From the NCBI RefSeq assembly GCF_001194135.2, contig NC_068991.1, positions 67,491,212 through 67,545,901 of the forward strand: a stretch of DNA of 54,690 bases. The letters are read 5' to 3'. The stretch comes from Octopus bimaculoides (Eukaryota). The number at the start of each line of letters is the position of its first letter. The first letter of the stretch is position 1. The translations under genes were made by a program, and so were the position numbers. The notes under the pieces were generated by a model, which saw nothing but the letters and a program-made list of their open reading frames with translations, had not been told where the DNA came from and made no database searches. Below, piece by piece: positions 34,705 through 48,541 of the stretch.

Positions 34705-35054
34705 NNNNNNNNNNNNNNNNNNNNNNNNNNNNNNNNNNNNNNNNNNNNNNNNNNNNNNNNNNNNNNNNNNNNNNNNNNNNNNNNNNNNNNNNNNNNNNNN
34801 NNNNNNNNNNNNNNNNNNNNNNNNNNNNNNNNNNNNNNNNNNNNNNNNNNNNNNNNNNNNNNNNNNNNNNNNNNNNNNNNNNNNNNNNNNNNNNNNNNNN
34901 NNNNNNNNNNNNNNNNNNNNNNNNNNNNNNNNNNNNNNNTTTATATCACTTTGTGGGCATGTCAACAGCATGCAAATAGACTAAATGTATATAATTCTTC
35001 ATCAACAAACCTCCAAGCATTTTATATGTCAGATAAGATTTAAGTCAATTATCG

Positions 35055-35720
35055 TTTCCAGCTTTGCCTTACTGGCACTTGTGCTGGTGGCATGTGAAGA
35101 AAATATGGACTGACTCCTGTGCAGGTGGCACGTAAAAAGCACCCACTACACTCTCAGAGTGGTTGGAGTTAGGAAGGGCATCCAGCTGTAGAAACTCCGC
35201 CAGATCAGATTGGAGTCTGGTGTAGCCATCTGGTTCGCCAGTCCCCAGTCAAATCGTCCAACCCATGCTAGCATGGGAAGCGGACGTTAAATGATGATGA
35301 TGAATCAAAATAAAATTATATAAAATCAATGAAATACTTTTTATGGCACGTGAAAAGCACCATTCAAGTGTGGTTGTTGCCACTGCTGCCTGACTGGCTC
35401 CCTTGGTGGTGGCACATAAAGAGCACCATTTGAGTGTGGTCGCTGCCAGTACTGCCTGAATGGCTCTTGTGCTGGTGGCATGTAAAAAGCACCATTCAAG
35501 CATTGTCGATGCCAGTACCGCCTGACTGGCCTGACCCTCATGCCAGTGACATGTAAAAAGCACCCAGTACACTCTCGGAGTGGTTGGCATTAGGAAGGGC
35601 ATCCAACTGTAGAAACCAGATGAGAATGGAGTCTGGTACAACCTTCTGGCTTGCCAGTCCTCAGTCAAACCGTCCAACCCATGCCAGCATGGAAAGTGAA
35701 TGTTAAACAATGATGATGAG
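35055..35720 (+). mobile_element. Two tandem family B copies
   Basis: Tails end at about 35305 and about 35720. Confidence 0.75.
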
Positions 35721-35777
35721 TACAAAACATATTCTGCAGGGCAATTTGTAAGGGTACATAAGGGTGTGTTAGCATAC

Positions 35778-36008
35778 CTAGCTGCTCTAGATCCAATCGC
35801 ACCCAGTTAATTCCTTCAGGACAAGTACTGCGGACAGCACTACGGACATATATGGTTCCATTGGTAGCAAGACCCCACAGGGAATCTTCGGAGGCACTAA
35901 TACAAATGAAGTGGTTTGTAATTGAAGGTTGGGAGACCATCTTAAAGTGACGAGCTTCCGGTGAGAATATCACCATTTCTCCATTGACATGCTGTGCCCA
36001 GATATATT
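35778..36008 (-). CDS. TECPR2: TECPR2 exon 10 (TECPR repeat)
   Basis: YIWAQHVNGEMVIF...SEDSLWGLATNGTIYVRSAVRSTCPEGINWVRLDLEQL; acceptor ttacag, donor GTATGC. Confidence 0.92.
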
Positions 36009-37062
36009 CTGTAAGTGAGAAAAGAAAACGGTAAACATCAACATTGGCATCGATAATGATCAGACATTTAAATTAACTGTGTTCTGTAGGTCAACTTCTT
36101 GGAGGCTAACCTGGGGTTATACAACAACAGGAAGGAAGAAAGGGAAGGAGAAAACAATGAAGAAAGAAGCAGGCAAAAAAGAGGATTATAATGAAGAGTT
36201 AGGGGAGCAAGCATAGTGTCTGTGATCCTTCCAGGGTGATGAGACTGATATAAGATGATGTCCAGTCATAACAGCTGTAGGTACATGTCTGAAGAAGGAT
36301 ACTGAGGGTTATGTCCAAATGCTTGCAATATAGCAGGAGTCAGTCTTGAGCCAATGGCCTTATAAGGCTGGAGCTTTTCTAGATTTTCAAAGTGTTTAGA
36401 CTGAAAGCACAAGACCCCTGAATCAGATGCCTGTCCATCATATGGCTAATCTCCAGGTGCTACTGGTAATGAACAGACTAAGATCTAATCCTTGCAGTGG
36501 TGTATTGGTTTGTGTGCCTCAATGACTGCAAGAGCTATGCCAGTGGAGTGCAAGGTCCAGGTAGGGCCTCCCATGCTGGAGGCCAGACTAATATGGACTG
36601 TCTCTTCCCAGAGGTAAAAATAGGATTGCATAGGGCCACGACACCTATCTAGAAAAGAAAAAGCAAAATTACAATTCAAAACCAACAAGACCTAGAAGAG
36701 AAGGCTTTCCCTTAGGGAAACATAGTGTGATACAGCAAAATCCGAAAGGAGGAAAAGGTGAAAATGTAGGGACCCAACTGGAAAGAAGCAGGAATGACAG
36801 TCATGAGTTGAGAACAATGGAGAAAAGTCATCGATGACTTAGGTTCCATTGGGAGCAAAGTCTTAAGCTGCAAATAATGGAAAAAAATGAAGTGTTTCGC
36901 TCAAGGATACAATGCATTGCCCAGTCAGAGTGGTGAACCCTATGACTTAATGGTTGTGAATACAAAACCTTAAGGGGTTTTATTATATGAAAATTAGCAA
37001 AACATTACTCAAGGAAGCTTAATTTCAATTCCACCAACTTCATTTCAAAAACATTAACTTAC

Positions 37063-37152
37063 CATGTTCTTCGGTGTATGCACCAGCACTAACTAATCTC
37101 CAAGACGATGATATAGCCATGCCAAGGGGTGGAGTTATGGTCCAGTGATGAC
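37063..37152 (-). CDS. TECPR2: TECPR2 exon 9 (90 nt; not in ORF track)
   Basis: ctaccag acceptor, G|GTAAGT donor, phase 1/1. GHHWTITPPLGMAISSSWRLVSAGAYTEEH. Confidence 0.85.
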
Positions 37153-37734
37153 CTGGTAGAGAAACAACAATAAGCAATGTAATTAAATCTCTTTTTGGAC
37201 CAGATACATTTCTAGGAAAAGGATGTAGGTAGAAATATTATGAAAGAAATGGAGGAGATGTGGACCCCAGAGGCCAGAATGAAGGTAACCTGGGTACGAG
37301 GGCAGGAGCTCTGAATAAGAACTGATATAGGTTAGAAGGGGATATCTAAGACTGGTGGCATAAACAAATTAACTCAGTCCAAGCTGTAAAGCAGAAGGTG
37401 ATAGGAAGAGAATCTAGCTTTGGTGGTCATGACATGCACCACAGAACTTTGGCAGTTTTCTCTGTTGTTGTGTAATAAAAAAGGTAAAATGAACTTCTAG
37501 AGTTATACTGACTCACAAGGGCCATGATGTCCTGGTTTCCATGTTTCGTGTAAATATTCTCCACCTGGATGGGACACCGGTCTGTCCAGGTGGGGAATTT
37601 ATACGTCATGGAAACCAGCCCTTATGAGTCGGCATGACTCGAGAAGGTAAATTTACCTTCTGTGTTATTGTGCGTCAGATAATGAAGGGCCACAGCAAGT
37701 GGCCCGTCCTATAACATGGCAGCATGGGAAAATG

Positions 37735-38070
37735 GGTGGTTGATGATGATGAGGATAATGATATGATGTTGATAATGACAATATTATGATGATGACGATG
37801 ATGTTGATATGATGATGATGATGTTGATATGATGATGATGATGTTGATATGATGATACTGACGATGATGATGATGATGACGATGATGATGATGATGACGA
37901 TAATGTTGATATGATGATACCGACGATGATGATGATGTTGATATGATGATACTGATGATGATGATGATGTTGATATGATGTTGATGATATGATAATGATG
38001 TTGATATGATGACACCGACGATGATGATAATGATATGATGTTGATGACATGATGATAATGATGATCTTCA
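37735..38070. repeat. Degenerate (GAT)n low-complexity tract
   Basis: Direct reading. Confidence 0.9.
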
Positions 38071-38369
38071 ATGAACGAAAGGCAAATTTGAAACAAATGG
38101 TGTATGAACTTAGAAGAAGAATATATTCAGGTGTTGGAGAAGTGTTTTTTTTTCGTTTTGTTTTTTGTTTAGACAGAAAATGGGTAGGGCTTGGACATCT
38201 TAGCATGACTGCATACAGAAATCTATACAGAAAAGGTGCAGCAAGATGCCTAGTAATATATTAAGAAATATTTCAGAGCAGCAAACAATTAACAAGACTC
38301 ATTGATTTTTGACAGAGAGAGAGAGAGAGAGTGGGTGAGTGGGGAGAATGGTTTTCAAAGAATTCATAC

Positions 38370-38571
38370 CTTGCATGATACTTTTACAAACTTGAATGAC
38401 ATTTCTATAACTTGGCACAAACCAGGTGCCGACATGCGTAGCAGCAATCAGTCCGCCCCCTCTTGGAGATATTAGCAATTGGGACAACTTCTGTGGATCG
38501 AGTCGTTCAGCCACAGACCTCATCATGTCGGTCATTGTTGGGTCCATCATAAAATAATCACTAAAGGCAAC
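38370..38571 (-). CDS. TECPR2: TECPR2 exon 8
   Basis: VAFSDYFMMDPTMTDMMRSVAERLDPQKLSQLL...WFVPSYRNVIQVCKSIMQ; phase 0/1 fits; resembles the VSITDY...HVAKGSLIG segment of vertebrate TECPR2. Confidence 0.85.
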
Positions 38572-38616
38572 CTAGAGGTAAACAGATAGATAAATAGAGA
38601 GAGGGAGAGAGAGAGA

Positions 38617-38649
<33 letters not shown>

Positions 38650-38940
38650 NNNNNNNNNNNNNNNNNNNNNNNNNNNNNNNNNNNNNNNNNNNNNNNNNNN
38701 NNNNNNNNNNNNNNNNNNNNNNNNNNNNNNNNNNNNNNNNNNNNNNNNNNNNNNNNNNNNNNNNNNNNNNNNNNNNNNNNNNNNNNNNNNNNNNNNNNNN
38801 NNNNNNNNNNNNNNNNNNNNNNNNNNNNNNNNNNNNNNNNNNNNNNNNNNNNNNNNNNNNNNNNNNNNNNNNNNNNNNNNNNNNNNNNNNNNNNNNNNNN
38901 NNNNNNNNNNNNNNNNNNNNNNNNNNNNNNNNNNNNNNNN

Positions 38941-39005
<65 letters not shown>

Positions 39006-39924
39006 TAACATGACAGAAGTAAATTGCTTACAGAATCGCAGGAAAAGAAATGATTTGACCATTCTGCAGAGGACTTGAAGAACTATTATTCATCATTCTT
39101 TAAAGATAAATTAATGCAAAGTCGGAGGAAAATGTATTTAAGCAATATTCCAGTTGTAACCCTTTAGTATTTAGACCAGCCATATGAGCCCCTAATATTC
39201 TGCCAGTGATATGTTAAAACTGGCCAGGTCCAGCCTCTCACACTTACCCTACAATGCAATTCTAAAATTAAACAATCACATCATTGAAATCTCGAAGCTA
39301 GGAGATTATCCTTGCTTGATTCAAAACAATGTGAATAAATAAGTATTATTCGATAGAGTGATCTGAATGATAATTTCTAATTAGGTTTTTGATGCTCCAC
39401 TGCAAAGAATACATTAATGTTAACTTAGCTTTTGTCGTGATATAAACAGTATGGTAGGATTGGGTGGATTATGGTACTGAAATGGTATTGACAATTGTAA
39501 AATTCATAGCAACTGCTGTTGCAGTTCAGTTACAGATTCATCCTGATCATGTGGAAATGTTCTGTGCACATGTTAGTTAACAACATGATATGTATCAGTG
39601 ATACCATTCCTACATGTGTCATCAATAGTATTTGCACATGTATCAGAAACACCACCATTACCATGTCTCAGTAATAATAACAACACTACATATGTCAGTA
39701 ATACGAACAATTAGATAACAATTATTCAGGTTGTTTTTAAATCAGCTTTACAACTTCCACAATTTATTCTATTCTATCACCTAGATATGTGGTGTGCAAC
39801 CAAAGGAGCCCATGTAGAAGTGTTCTGATGTTTCTAATAAAACTTTGTTTTCCAATAAACTCTGAGTTATCCTTATTTTAAAAATTTTTTTCTGAATTTT
39901 TTCAGAAAATTTATGGCCACGCTA

Positions 39925-40290
39925 TCATCATCATCATCGTTTAACGTCCGCTTTCCAGGCTAGCATGGGTTGGACGATTTAACTGAGGACTGGTGGACCA
40001 GGAGGCGACACCAGGCTCCAATCTGATTTGGCAGAGTTCCTACAGCTGGATGCCCTTCCTAACGCCAACCACTCCGAGAGTGTAGTGGGTGTTTTACATG
40101 CCACCGACACGAGGGCCAGTCAGGCGGTACTGGCGACGGCCATGCTCAAAATGGTGTATTTTACGTGCCACCTGCACAGGAGCCAGTCCATCGGCACTGG
40201 CAACGATCTCGCTCAAATTCTTTTCACATGCCACTAACACAAGTGCCAGGGAGGCGATGTTGGTAACGATCAACGGCCACGCTCGAAATG
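39925..40290 (-). mobile_element. Family B copy (others at about 3330-3530, 14945-15100, 16495-16700, 44235-44630, 51865-52200)
   Basis: (CAT)nCGTTTAACGTCCGCTTTCC... reverse-complement start, identical across the listed loci. Confidence 0.75.
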
Positions 40291-40496
40291 TATTATAATA
40301 TTGGATATCATGTATTACAATTATATGACAATCATACATGTTATGATATATCACAGCATATAGTATTAGTAGCAACAATGTGTTATGAGTAGTACCAATG
40401 TTGTCACAGCTATTACTAGTACTGATACCAAATTGACACATCTGTTGGCTGTAGCCATTATCACCGTTTATACTAAGTTCCAAAGACTGAACTTAC

Positions 40497-40641
40497 TTGG
40501 TACCACATTCCTTGTCCGAAAGGATGTTCTCGAGTTACATTTGTACAGAACCACACCCGACCTTGGGTATCCACACACCAGCCAATGTTGTTGTCACCTA
40601 ATGCGATATTCATCATTTCAGGAACATGCCAGTTAGATGGG
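40497..40641 (-). CDS. TECPR2: TECPR2 exon 7 (TECPR repeat)
   Basis: PSNWHVPEMMNIALGDNNIGWCVDTQGRVWFCTNVTREHPFGQGMWYQ; GTAAGT donor. Confidence 0.92.
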
Positions 40642-40672
40642 CTGTTATAATAGAAGGGAAAACAACAACAAC

Positions 40673-40722
<50 letters not shown>

Positions 40723-42397
40723 TGATAATACAATGCATCACTTCAGTGTCCAAACATGGGGATATATACACTGAGGTACAGGAATGTACACATGGAGACA
40801 AAAAGGATATAGAAATGAAAGTAAACAGATATAGACATAGAAGTATAGAAATGCAGTGATAAGTAATTTCTTTTTGGTTAATGAAAAAAAAATAATCAAA
40901 AAACTGTTGCTAAAACTTACAAGTAACTTATCTACCAAATTTCGTTTTGGGTTTGACATTTACAGTGCTTACTAACACACATACACAGAGATAAATAACT
41001 GAGTGAGTTGGTTGTGTCGCTACTAAGTCATACAAATATCAGCATGGTAAATGAATATATGTTGATGACATCAAAAAAAGCTTTCTTGTATGTGAAATAT
41101 ATAATAGATACATGAGCAGTTCTTTCATCATCATCATCGTTTAACGTCCGCTTTCCATGCTAGCGTATTTAGCCAGCAGTAATCCTAATACTCTTTAGAT
41201 GCAGTAGACATTGTCAGTCAACCAGGGGTGGGGATTTAAAAGCACTGGCTAATCTGCTTCTCTTAGGTAAAGGTTATAGAACCACATTACATTGGCATCT
41301 ATGGTTCCTGTCATAAATCGTAGAAATACATGGCTATATTCATAGTTCCAAGCACAGGTTATAATGCATTGCTATGATATATTTATGATTCTCAACATAG
41401 ATGACTGAAACACATTACTGTGATACATGTATGGCTCCAGATATAGATAATAGGAACATGTTGCCGTGATATCCATAGTTACGAGACCTTGGGAAGACTT
41501 CAAGTAAATGTTTTATTTTTTATTTACAAGTAATCGCCAGGTAACTTGCAAGCAGTATTTATTAAAAACATGTGATTTATGTATGAGGCAAAAGCTGAAG
41601 CTACAATACTAAAAACATAAAAGAGTGAGGTCTGTTTACTGTTGTGACTTACATATGAATAATACATACATATATATATATATAAGTTAGAAAGATGAAG
41701 GTATAAAGATGAAGACATATATATATAAAGACTGAAAGACAGNNNNNNNNNNNNNNNNNNNNNNNNNNNNNNNNNNNNNNNNNNNNNNNNNNNNNNNNNN
41801 NNNNNNNNNNNNNNNNNNNNNNNNNNNNNNNNNNNNNNNNNNNNNNNNNNNNNNNNNNNNNNNNNNNNNNNNNNNNNNNNNNNNNNNNNNNNNNNNNNNN
41901 NNNNNNNNNNNNNNNNNNNNNNNNNNNNNNNNNNNNNNNNNNNNNNNNNNNNNNNNNNNNNNNNNNNNNNNNNNNNNNNNNNNNNNNNNNNNNNNNNNNN
42001 NNNNNNNNNNNNNNNNNNNNNNNNNNNNNNNNNNNNNNNNNNNNNNNNNNNNNNNNNNNNNNNNNNNNNNNNNNNNNNNNNNNNNNNNNNNNNNNNNNNN
42101 NNNNNNNNNNNNNNNNNNNNNNNNNNNNNNNNNNNNNNNNNNNNNNNNNNNNNNNNNNNNNNNNNNNNNNNNNNNNNNNNNNNNNNNNNNNNNNNNNNNN
42201 NNNNNNNNNNNNNNNNNNNNNNNNNNNNNNNNNNNNNNNNNNNNNNNNNNNNNNNNNNNNNNNNNNNNNNNNNNNNNNNNNNNNNNNNNNNNNNNNNNNN
42301 NNNNNNNNNNNNNNNNNNNNNNNNNNNNNNNNNNNNNNNNNNNNNNNNNNNNNNNNNNNNNNNNNNNNNNNNNNNNNNNNNNNNNNNNNNNNNNNNN

Positions 42398-42440
<43 letters not shown>

Positions 42441-42506
42441 ATAATAGACATAATGATTTAATCTTATACATTACAAGTCAAAATTCAACAGACATATCTG
42501 GCTTAC

Positions 42507-42722
42507 CCCTCATATTTACACCACTCATCTCCTTCTGGATGCTGGTCAGAGACACCAGCTCGACACACAAGCTGTCCTTCTTTGGTAAGGCCCCAGATTA
42601 CTTGATTCAGACATGCTAGTTGGATGAGGTTATATTCACAGGGTATTTTCTGACTGCGGTATGCTGGTCGCTCTCTTGAAAGCTTTTTATGCACAGCTAT
42701 CTCTCCATTTACCTTGATATAC
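42507..42722 (-). CDS. TECPR2: TECPR2 exon 6 (TECPR repeats)
   Basis: YIKVNGEI...VIWGLTKEGQLVCRAGVSDQHPEGDEW: canonical tectonin repeat W.l...G.v..R.Gv....P.G..W. Confidence 0.93.
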
Positions 42723-42870
42723 CTGTGTGTTGAAGAAAATAAATAAAATCGTGTCTTAACAGTAGATAGGTTTTGGGACTTCATCATTTTCATTTCAGCC
42801 TAGCATTATTATTATTAATACTATTAAAAAGTATTATTATTATTATTGTTACTAATGGTAATAACAATGT

Positions 42871-43250
42871 TGTTGGCACTCCGTCGTTTACGACGTCGAG
42901 GGTTCCAGTTGATCCGATCAACGGAACAGCCTGCTCGTGAAATTAACGTGCAAGTGGCCGAGCACTCCACAGACACGTGTACCCTTAACGTAGTTCTCGG
43001 GGATATTCAGTGTGACACAGTGTGACAAGGCTGACCCTTTGAAACACAGGTACAACAGAAACAGGAAGTAAGAGTGAGAGAAAGTTGTGGTGAAAGAGTA
43101 CAGCAGGGTTTGCCACCATCCCCTGCCGGAGCCTCGTGGAGCTTTAGGTGTTTTCGCTCAATAAACACTCACAACACCCGGTCTGGGAATCGAAACCGTG
43201 ATCCTATGACTGCGAGTCCGCTGCCCTAACCACTGGGCCATTGCACCTCC
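42871..43250 (-). mobile_element. SINE family C copy
   Basis: Full-length reverse-complement match to 7490-7873. Confidence 0.85.
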
Positions 43251-43814
43251 ACCCGTAATAACAATGATGATGATGAAATAGGTGAAGGCACAGATGTGTG
43301 GTCAAGAAACTTGTTTCACAACCACATGGTTTCAGGTTTAGTTCCACTGCTTTGCATCTTAGGCAAGTGCCATCAACTATAGCTCCAGCCTGTGGGGATC
43401 TTGCAGAGGGAAACTAAAAGAAGCCCATTGTATACATATATACGTGTATATGTGTGTGAATGTGCATGAACATTTTATATTCCCTGCTTGTTACCATTTA
43501 AGTGAAGCACTGCTGATATGGGCAGTCCTTATTGACATTATAATCAATTGCTCTGCACCTTCAAAGACCTGTGGCATAAAAAATAAATCCTTTACTTGAA
43601 AGTGTGGTACAGGTTGGGGACAACATGAGCACCTATTAGTAAAACCTTGCCTCAAATAACTCTCTGTCCAAAGTAGTATGGAAAATAAAATGCTAAACAA
43701 ATAAAATATTTATGATGAGAAAGAACAACAGTGCAGAACAATCTATGATGTTACCCAAACTAAAATCTGTCCCAACTCCACTGAGCCAATATGTATTGAA
43801 GGGAGACAACTTAC

Positions 43815-44045
43815 CATCCACAGTCATTGTCGACAGCAATATAGGCTACGTCTCGGATGGCTTCCACCTGTTTTTTACCCTCGGGCTTTCGTGCACTCAC
43901 TCCTATGGCCACGTACACTGTGTTTTGGTAGAGGCGCCAAAATATATTGCCAGAGCGTGAAACAGCAATCTGATGGGCGTACAAGTCAACTTTATGCCAG
44001 GCTCCTGACATCGAATCTGTTTGTCGATAGAAGAGGTTTTCACTT
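43815..44045 (-). CDS. TECPR2: TECPR2 exon 5 (TECPR repeats)
   Basis: SENLFYRQTDSMSGAWHKVDLYAHQIAVSRSGNIFWRL...VAYIAVDNDCGW; GTAAGT donor; phase 2/2. Confidence 0.92.
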
Positions 44046-45596
44046 CTGTCGTCCATCATAAAAAAAAAAGGAGAAAAAATAAAGAGAGAAAATAAATGGA
44101 AACATTCAAATACTCAGTGATTTTAGTGTGATAAATGTTGTTGTTTGAGCTTAGGTCATACCTTGAAGGTGGTGTCCCAGCATAGCCGTAGTCCAGCAAG
44201 TGGGAATCAGTGGAAAAATAAAATATGTGATGTAAGTCATCATCATCATCATCATCGTCGTTTAACGTCCGCTTTCCATGCTAGCATGGGTTGGACGATT
44301 TGACTGAGGACTGGTGAACCAGATGGCTACACCAGGCTCCAATCTGATTTGGCAGAGTTTCTACAGCTGGATGCCCTTCCTAACGCCAATCACTCCAAGA
44401 GTGTAGTGGGTGCTTTTACATGCTACTGGCACGAAAGCCAGTCAGGAAGTTCTGGCAATGGCCACACTCAAAATGGTGTATTTTACGTGCCACCTGCAAA
44501 GGAGCCAGTCCAGCGGTACTGGCAACGAACTCGCTCGAATGTCTTTTCATGTGCCAGGAGGGCGACGTTGGTAACGATCACGCTCAAATGGTGCTATTTA
44601 CGTGCCCCTGGCACGGAACCCAGTGTTGAGGATTTTTACAGAGATAATATTATAGTGGCATCATGATGACGATGATGATGATAGTATGGAAGTTAGAATG
44701 AAGGGATGTTAGTATTGGAGGCTTTTATAGTGGCAGTAATAGTGTAGTAATCAAAATAAGGAAAATATGTTAGTGTTGGAAACTGTTAAAATGTGATGTA
44801 TTCAACACTAAGTTGGTTATTGTTTTCTTTCAATTTTTTTTTAGGATAGGATGTTGTTTTAACAGGCTGAAGGAGCCAGTGGAGACTCCAGTATGGACAA
44901 TGATGGTGATGATGATGATGATATCTTTCTGACACACTGTCCTTTAATCATTGATAGTTTTACCAAGAAAAAGAAGAAAACCCATTAAATAATGGTTTGA
45001 TGAGGTGGTCATTAGAAGCTTGACCCTTGCAAGCAAAACATAGTTGTATGCAGACGAAACTAGTTTCACAGCCATACAACAATCATGTTATTCTGTTAGA
45101 AACACTGGAATGAATCTTGGTGGCAAATTGGCAGGATTGTTAGCGAGTTGAATAACAGGTTTTTTTTCTGGTCTTTATTGAGTTCAAGTCTTGCCGAGGA
45201 CAACTTTGCTTTTTTTTTTTTTCCTTCAAGGTTGATAAAGTACCAGTCGGGTAATGGAGAAGGGAGAGTGTCATTTCGTTTTTCTCCTCCTCTCTTTCTT
45301 TCTCAGTCTGTCTCTCAGAATTAAATACAAATGACAAAATGGTATCATATAAAAACATCTGAATCAAAGCATAGATCTGGAAATATAATAACGACTGTGT
45401 TGGAATAAAGAACTAAACTTGCTACTGGCTGATTTAGCAACAAATCTAATATAGTTTTTTTTTTCCAAGAAAAAGGGAATTAAGCATTGAAAGAAGGGGG
45501 AGGGGAAGGAGTAACATGCTGTACACCTTTGTCCGAATGGGGTTGCTTAGCTGCCCTCCACAGACATAATAAAAAGGCATTAGAAAATCTCTCCCA

Positions 45597-45632
<36 letters not shown>

Positions 45633-45837
45633 AACCCTATGACAAGCACCATGTGCTTGATATGGAAGCTATTAAGGGTTGTTTGTTGATCCTGAAGTGG
45701 CAAAGAAGGGCTTGGAATCAATTAGATGAGATTTTGAAGAAGGAAAAATTCAATTTGACAATAGAGAAACTAATTTTCTTGTGGTGAAACAGCAATATAA
45801 ATAAATCAAAAATGAAAGCAGTGAAGAATGTCGTTAC

Positions 45838-47179
45838 CTGTCTGTGTACCAAATGTGTGAATGAGTTGCAGATAAACTGTGGATATTTTCTGGAACACTC
45901 CACACCAACCAACTGTTAACTAACTTTGGTAGAAGAATTTGCTTTGGTAACACTTCATTTTTCCTGTCTTTTTCTTGCTCTTCAAGTTTGGAGAGATTTT
46001 TGGAATTTGTGAAAGCAGAACTTGATTTGTTATCAGTATTGGAAAGATGCGTGACACCATTATTAGAAGGCTGTAGAGGAGATTCTAGAAAGCTAACAGA
46101 AGATGAAGATCGATACATTCTATAAAAGTCTTCTTCAGTTGTAGAATCTGTACTCTCTGACCTGTGCAATGGCGGTTTAGATGAAGTTTCACGGGTCAGC
46201 TGTTGTGGCAAAGGATTAACATCGGTTGAAAGATTGGCAGGTCTTGGACAGTGATTAGGAGAGTCAAAGTCATAACGAGCTGTTTCGTTAGTGTCATTGC
46301 TTTCCGTGTAATACGAAACATTTTCCCCATTTTCTAACGTCATGTTACCTGTACTGTCGACAATTTTTTCTAAAGGTGACAAAGCCTTATCAGCAACAGT
46401 GCAGACATGCAGAGAGTTATTGCATTCAGGTTGCTCACTTTCTGATGCATTCTCTGTAGACAGTTGCGGAGAGGATGCACTTTTTATGGGTTCATTGCGT
46501 TTTGAGAACGGATCACCTACTTTGTGATCCTCAGATACTTTATTACTTCCAGTCGACAAATTGACAGGAGTTTCACCCAAGGGACTGGAATCGGAATCAG
46601 AAGTCAAGTCCTGGACAAAAATCTTTGTGGTGTTCTCCTGAATACCTTTATTGCCTTCATCATTGTCTATTTGAACTGTGTTGTGAGGTAAACTCTGAGT
46701 TTTTTCAGCAGAACTATTAAGTTCTGCTTTCAACGATGTATTATCACTAGCAATGTCGGTTCTGATTGGTTCAGACTTGACAACCTTAGTTTCTTTAAAT
46801 TTCAACAGTGTATCGTCAGTTTCTTTCTCAACAGACCTACAACAGGTGATTACAGGGAGAGATGGAGGTATTAGGTTCTCGTCTGAATCAGTAACATTTT
46901 CTGGATTCTCTGGAGATGTGGCAGAAGAATTGTCAGTCGAAGACAGAGACTGGCAGCTTCCTGGAGAAGTTGCAGTTAGAACAAGTTGGTCACTGAGATT
47001 TAGTGATGCCTCAAAAGAATTATTAGTCAGGGTTTTGTGTTGAAGGTTCGAAGAAGAAGCCTTGATGTTATCACAGACACTATTTGGGGTGGCGGATATT
47101 TCAAGGCTGTCCACAGAACAAGTATCTGAAAGCTGGGAGGTAGTTTCAATACAGCTGAAGCGTTTTTTGGATTTAATAC
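45838..47179 (-). CDS. TECPR2: TECPR2 exon 4 (long disordered linker into first TECPR repeat)
   Basis: 1342-nt open exon with tttcag acceptor and AG|GTAACG donor. Ends SWLVWSVPENIHSLSATHSHIWYTDR, which resembles the start of the TECPR2 propeller repeats. Confidence 0.9.
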
Positions 47180-47275
47180 CTGAAAAACAATAATAAAAGT
47201 AATAATAACACGAAGTATAGTAACATACATAACACAGTAATTTTCCAAACTGTAGAGGTGAAACATTTTTCACAC

Positions 47276-47440
47276 AGGCGTGGCTGTGTGGTAAGTAGCT
47301 TGTATACCAACCACATGGTTGCACCTTGGGCAAGTGTCTTCTACTATAGCTTCGAGCCGACCAAAGCCTTGTGAGTGGATTTGGTAGACGGAAACTGAAA
47401 GAAGCTCGTCGTATATGTGTATATATATATATATATATAC

Positions 47441-47487
<47 letters not shown>

Positions 47488-47686
47488 TGTCTCTGAGTTT
47501 GTTCCCACATCGCTTGACAACCGATGCTGGTGTGTTTACATCCTCCGTAACTTAGCAGTTCGGCAAAAGAGACCGACAGAATAAGTACTAGGCTTACAAA
47601 GAATAAGTCCTGGGGTCGATTTGCTCGACTAAAGGCGGTGCTCCAGCATGGCCGCAGTCACAAATGACTGAAACAAGTAAAAGAGT
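47276..47686 (+). mobile_element. SINE family A copy (internally deleted head)
   Basis: GTGGCTGTGTGGTAAGTAGCTTG head to AAACAAGTAAAAGAGT tail; supplies the false 5' end of ORF 45834-47510. Confidence 0.85.
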
Positions 47687-47949
47687 ATGCAAGAGGCAGG
47701 GAACTCCACAAACGTGTGTACCCTTAACGTAGTTATCAGGGAGATTCAGCACGATGACACAGAATATGACAAAACTGGTAGAATGCATTTTTGTCAGCTG
47801 AGTGGACTGGAGCAATGTAAAATGAAGTGAGTTGCTCAAGGACACAATGCCTTGCTGGAAACTGAACTCACCACCTTATGAGTGTGAGCCAAACACCTTA
47901 ACCACTATGTCATGTGCCTTCACAGACATACACCTACTACTAAATTAAC

Positions 47950-48515
47950 ACCATAATACCATCACCATTAATACTTCTTCATCACCACCATCCCAGCTAG
48001 CTCCTAACATAACTCCTTCCAATACTGTTCCACCACCACAACCATACCACTGTCAACAGTTACCCACCAACAACACATCACACCACTGTTAAGACGGCCA
48101 ATGCTTCCCTACCACCGCCACCACCACCACCACCGCCGCCACTACCACCACCAACTCTACCACCGCCATACCAGTGAACATTTTCCCCACCATCATACCA
48201 CCACTGTTATCACTTCCCCACCAACATACCACCATCATACCATTGTTAACACTTCCCCACTACCACCACAACCACTGCCAACATTTTCCCCACCACCATA
48301 CCACTGCTAATGCTTTCCTGCCACTGTTCCCACCACCACAACCACTGTCAACACTTACCCACTACCACCCTCAATATTTCTCCACTCCACCACCATACCA
48401 CTGTCAGTACTTCCCCACCGACAAACACACCAACACCATTACCACCAGTCAACACCCCCATCCCATCCTATCTCCATCACCACCACACCAACACTTCCAA
48501 TTCCAATAAATACTT
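47950..48515. repeat. CAC/ACC-rich low-complexity tract in TECPR2 intron
   Basis: Direct reading. Confidence 0.85.
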
Positions 48516-48541
48516 AAAGAACTCTTAAACGGTCTACCTAC

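Noticed and set aside
47180-47510. N-terminal 110 aa of the 558-aa ORF
   Set aside because: Intron sequence (SINE A and (TG)n); the real exon starts at the acceptor at 47179.
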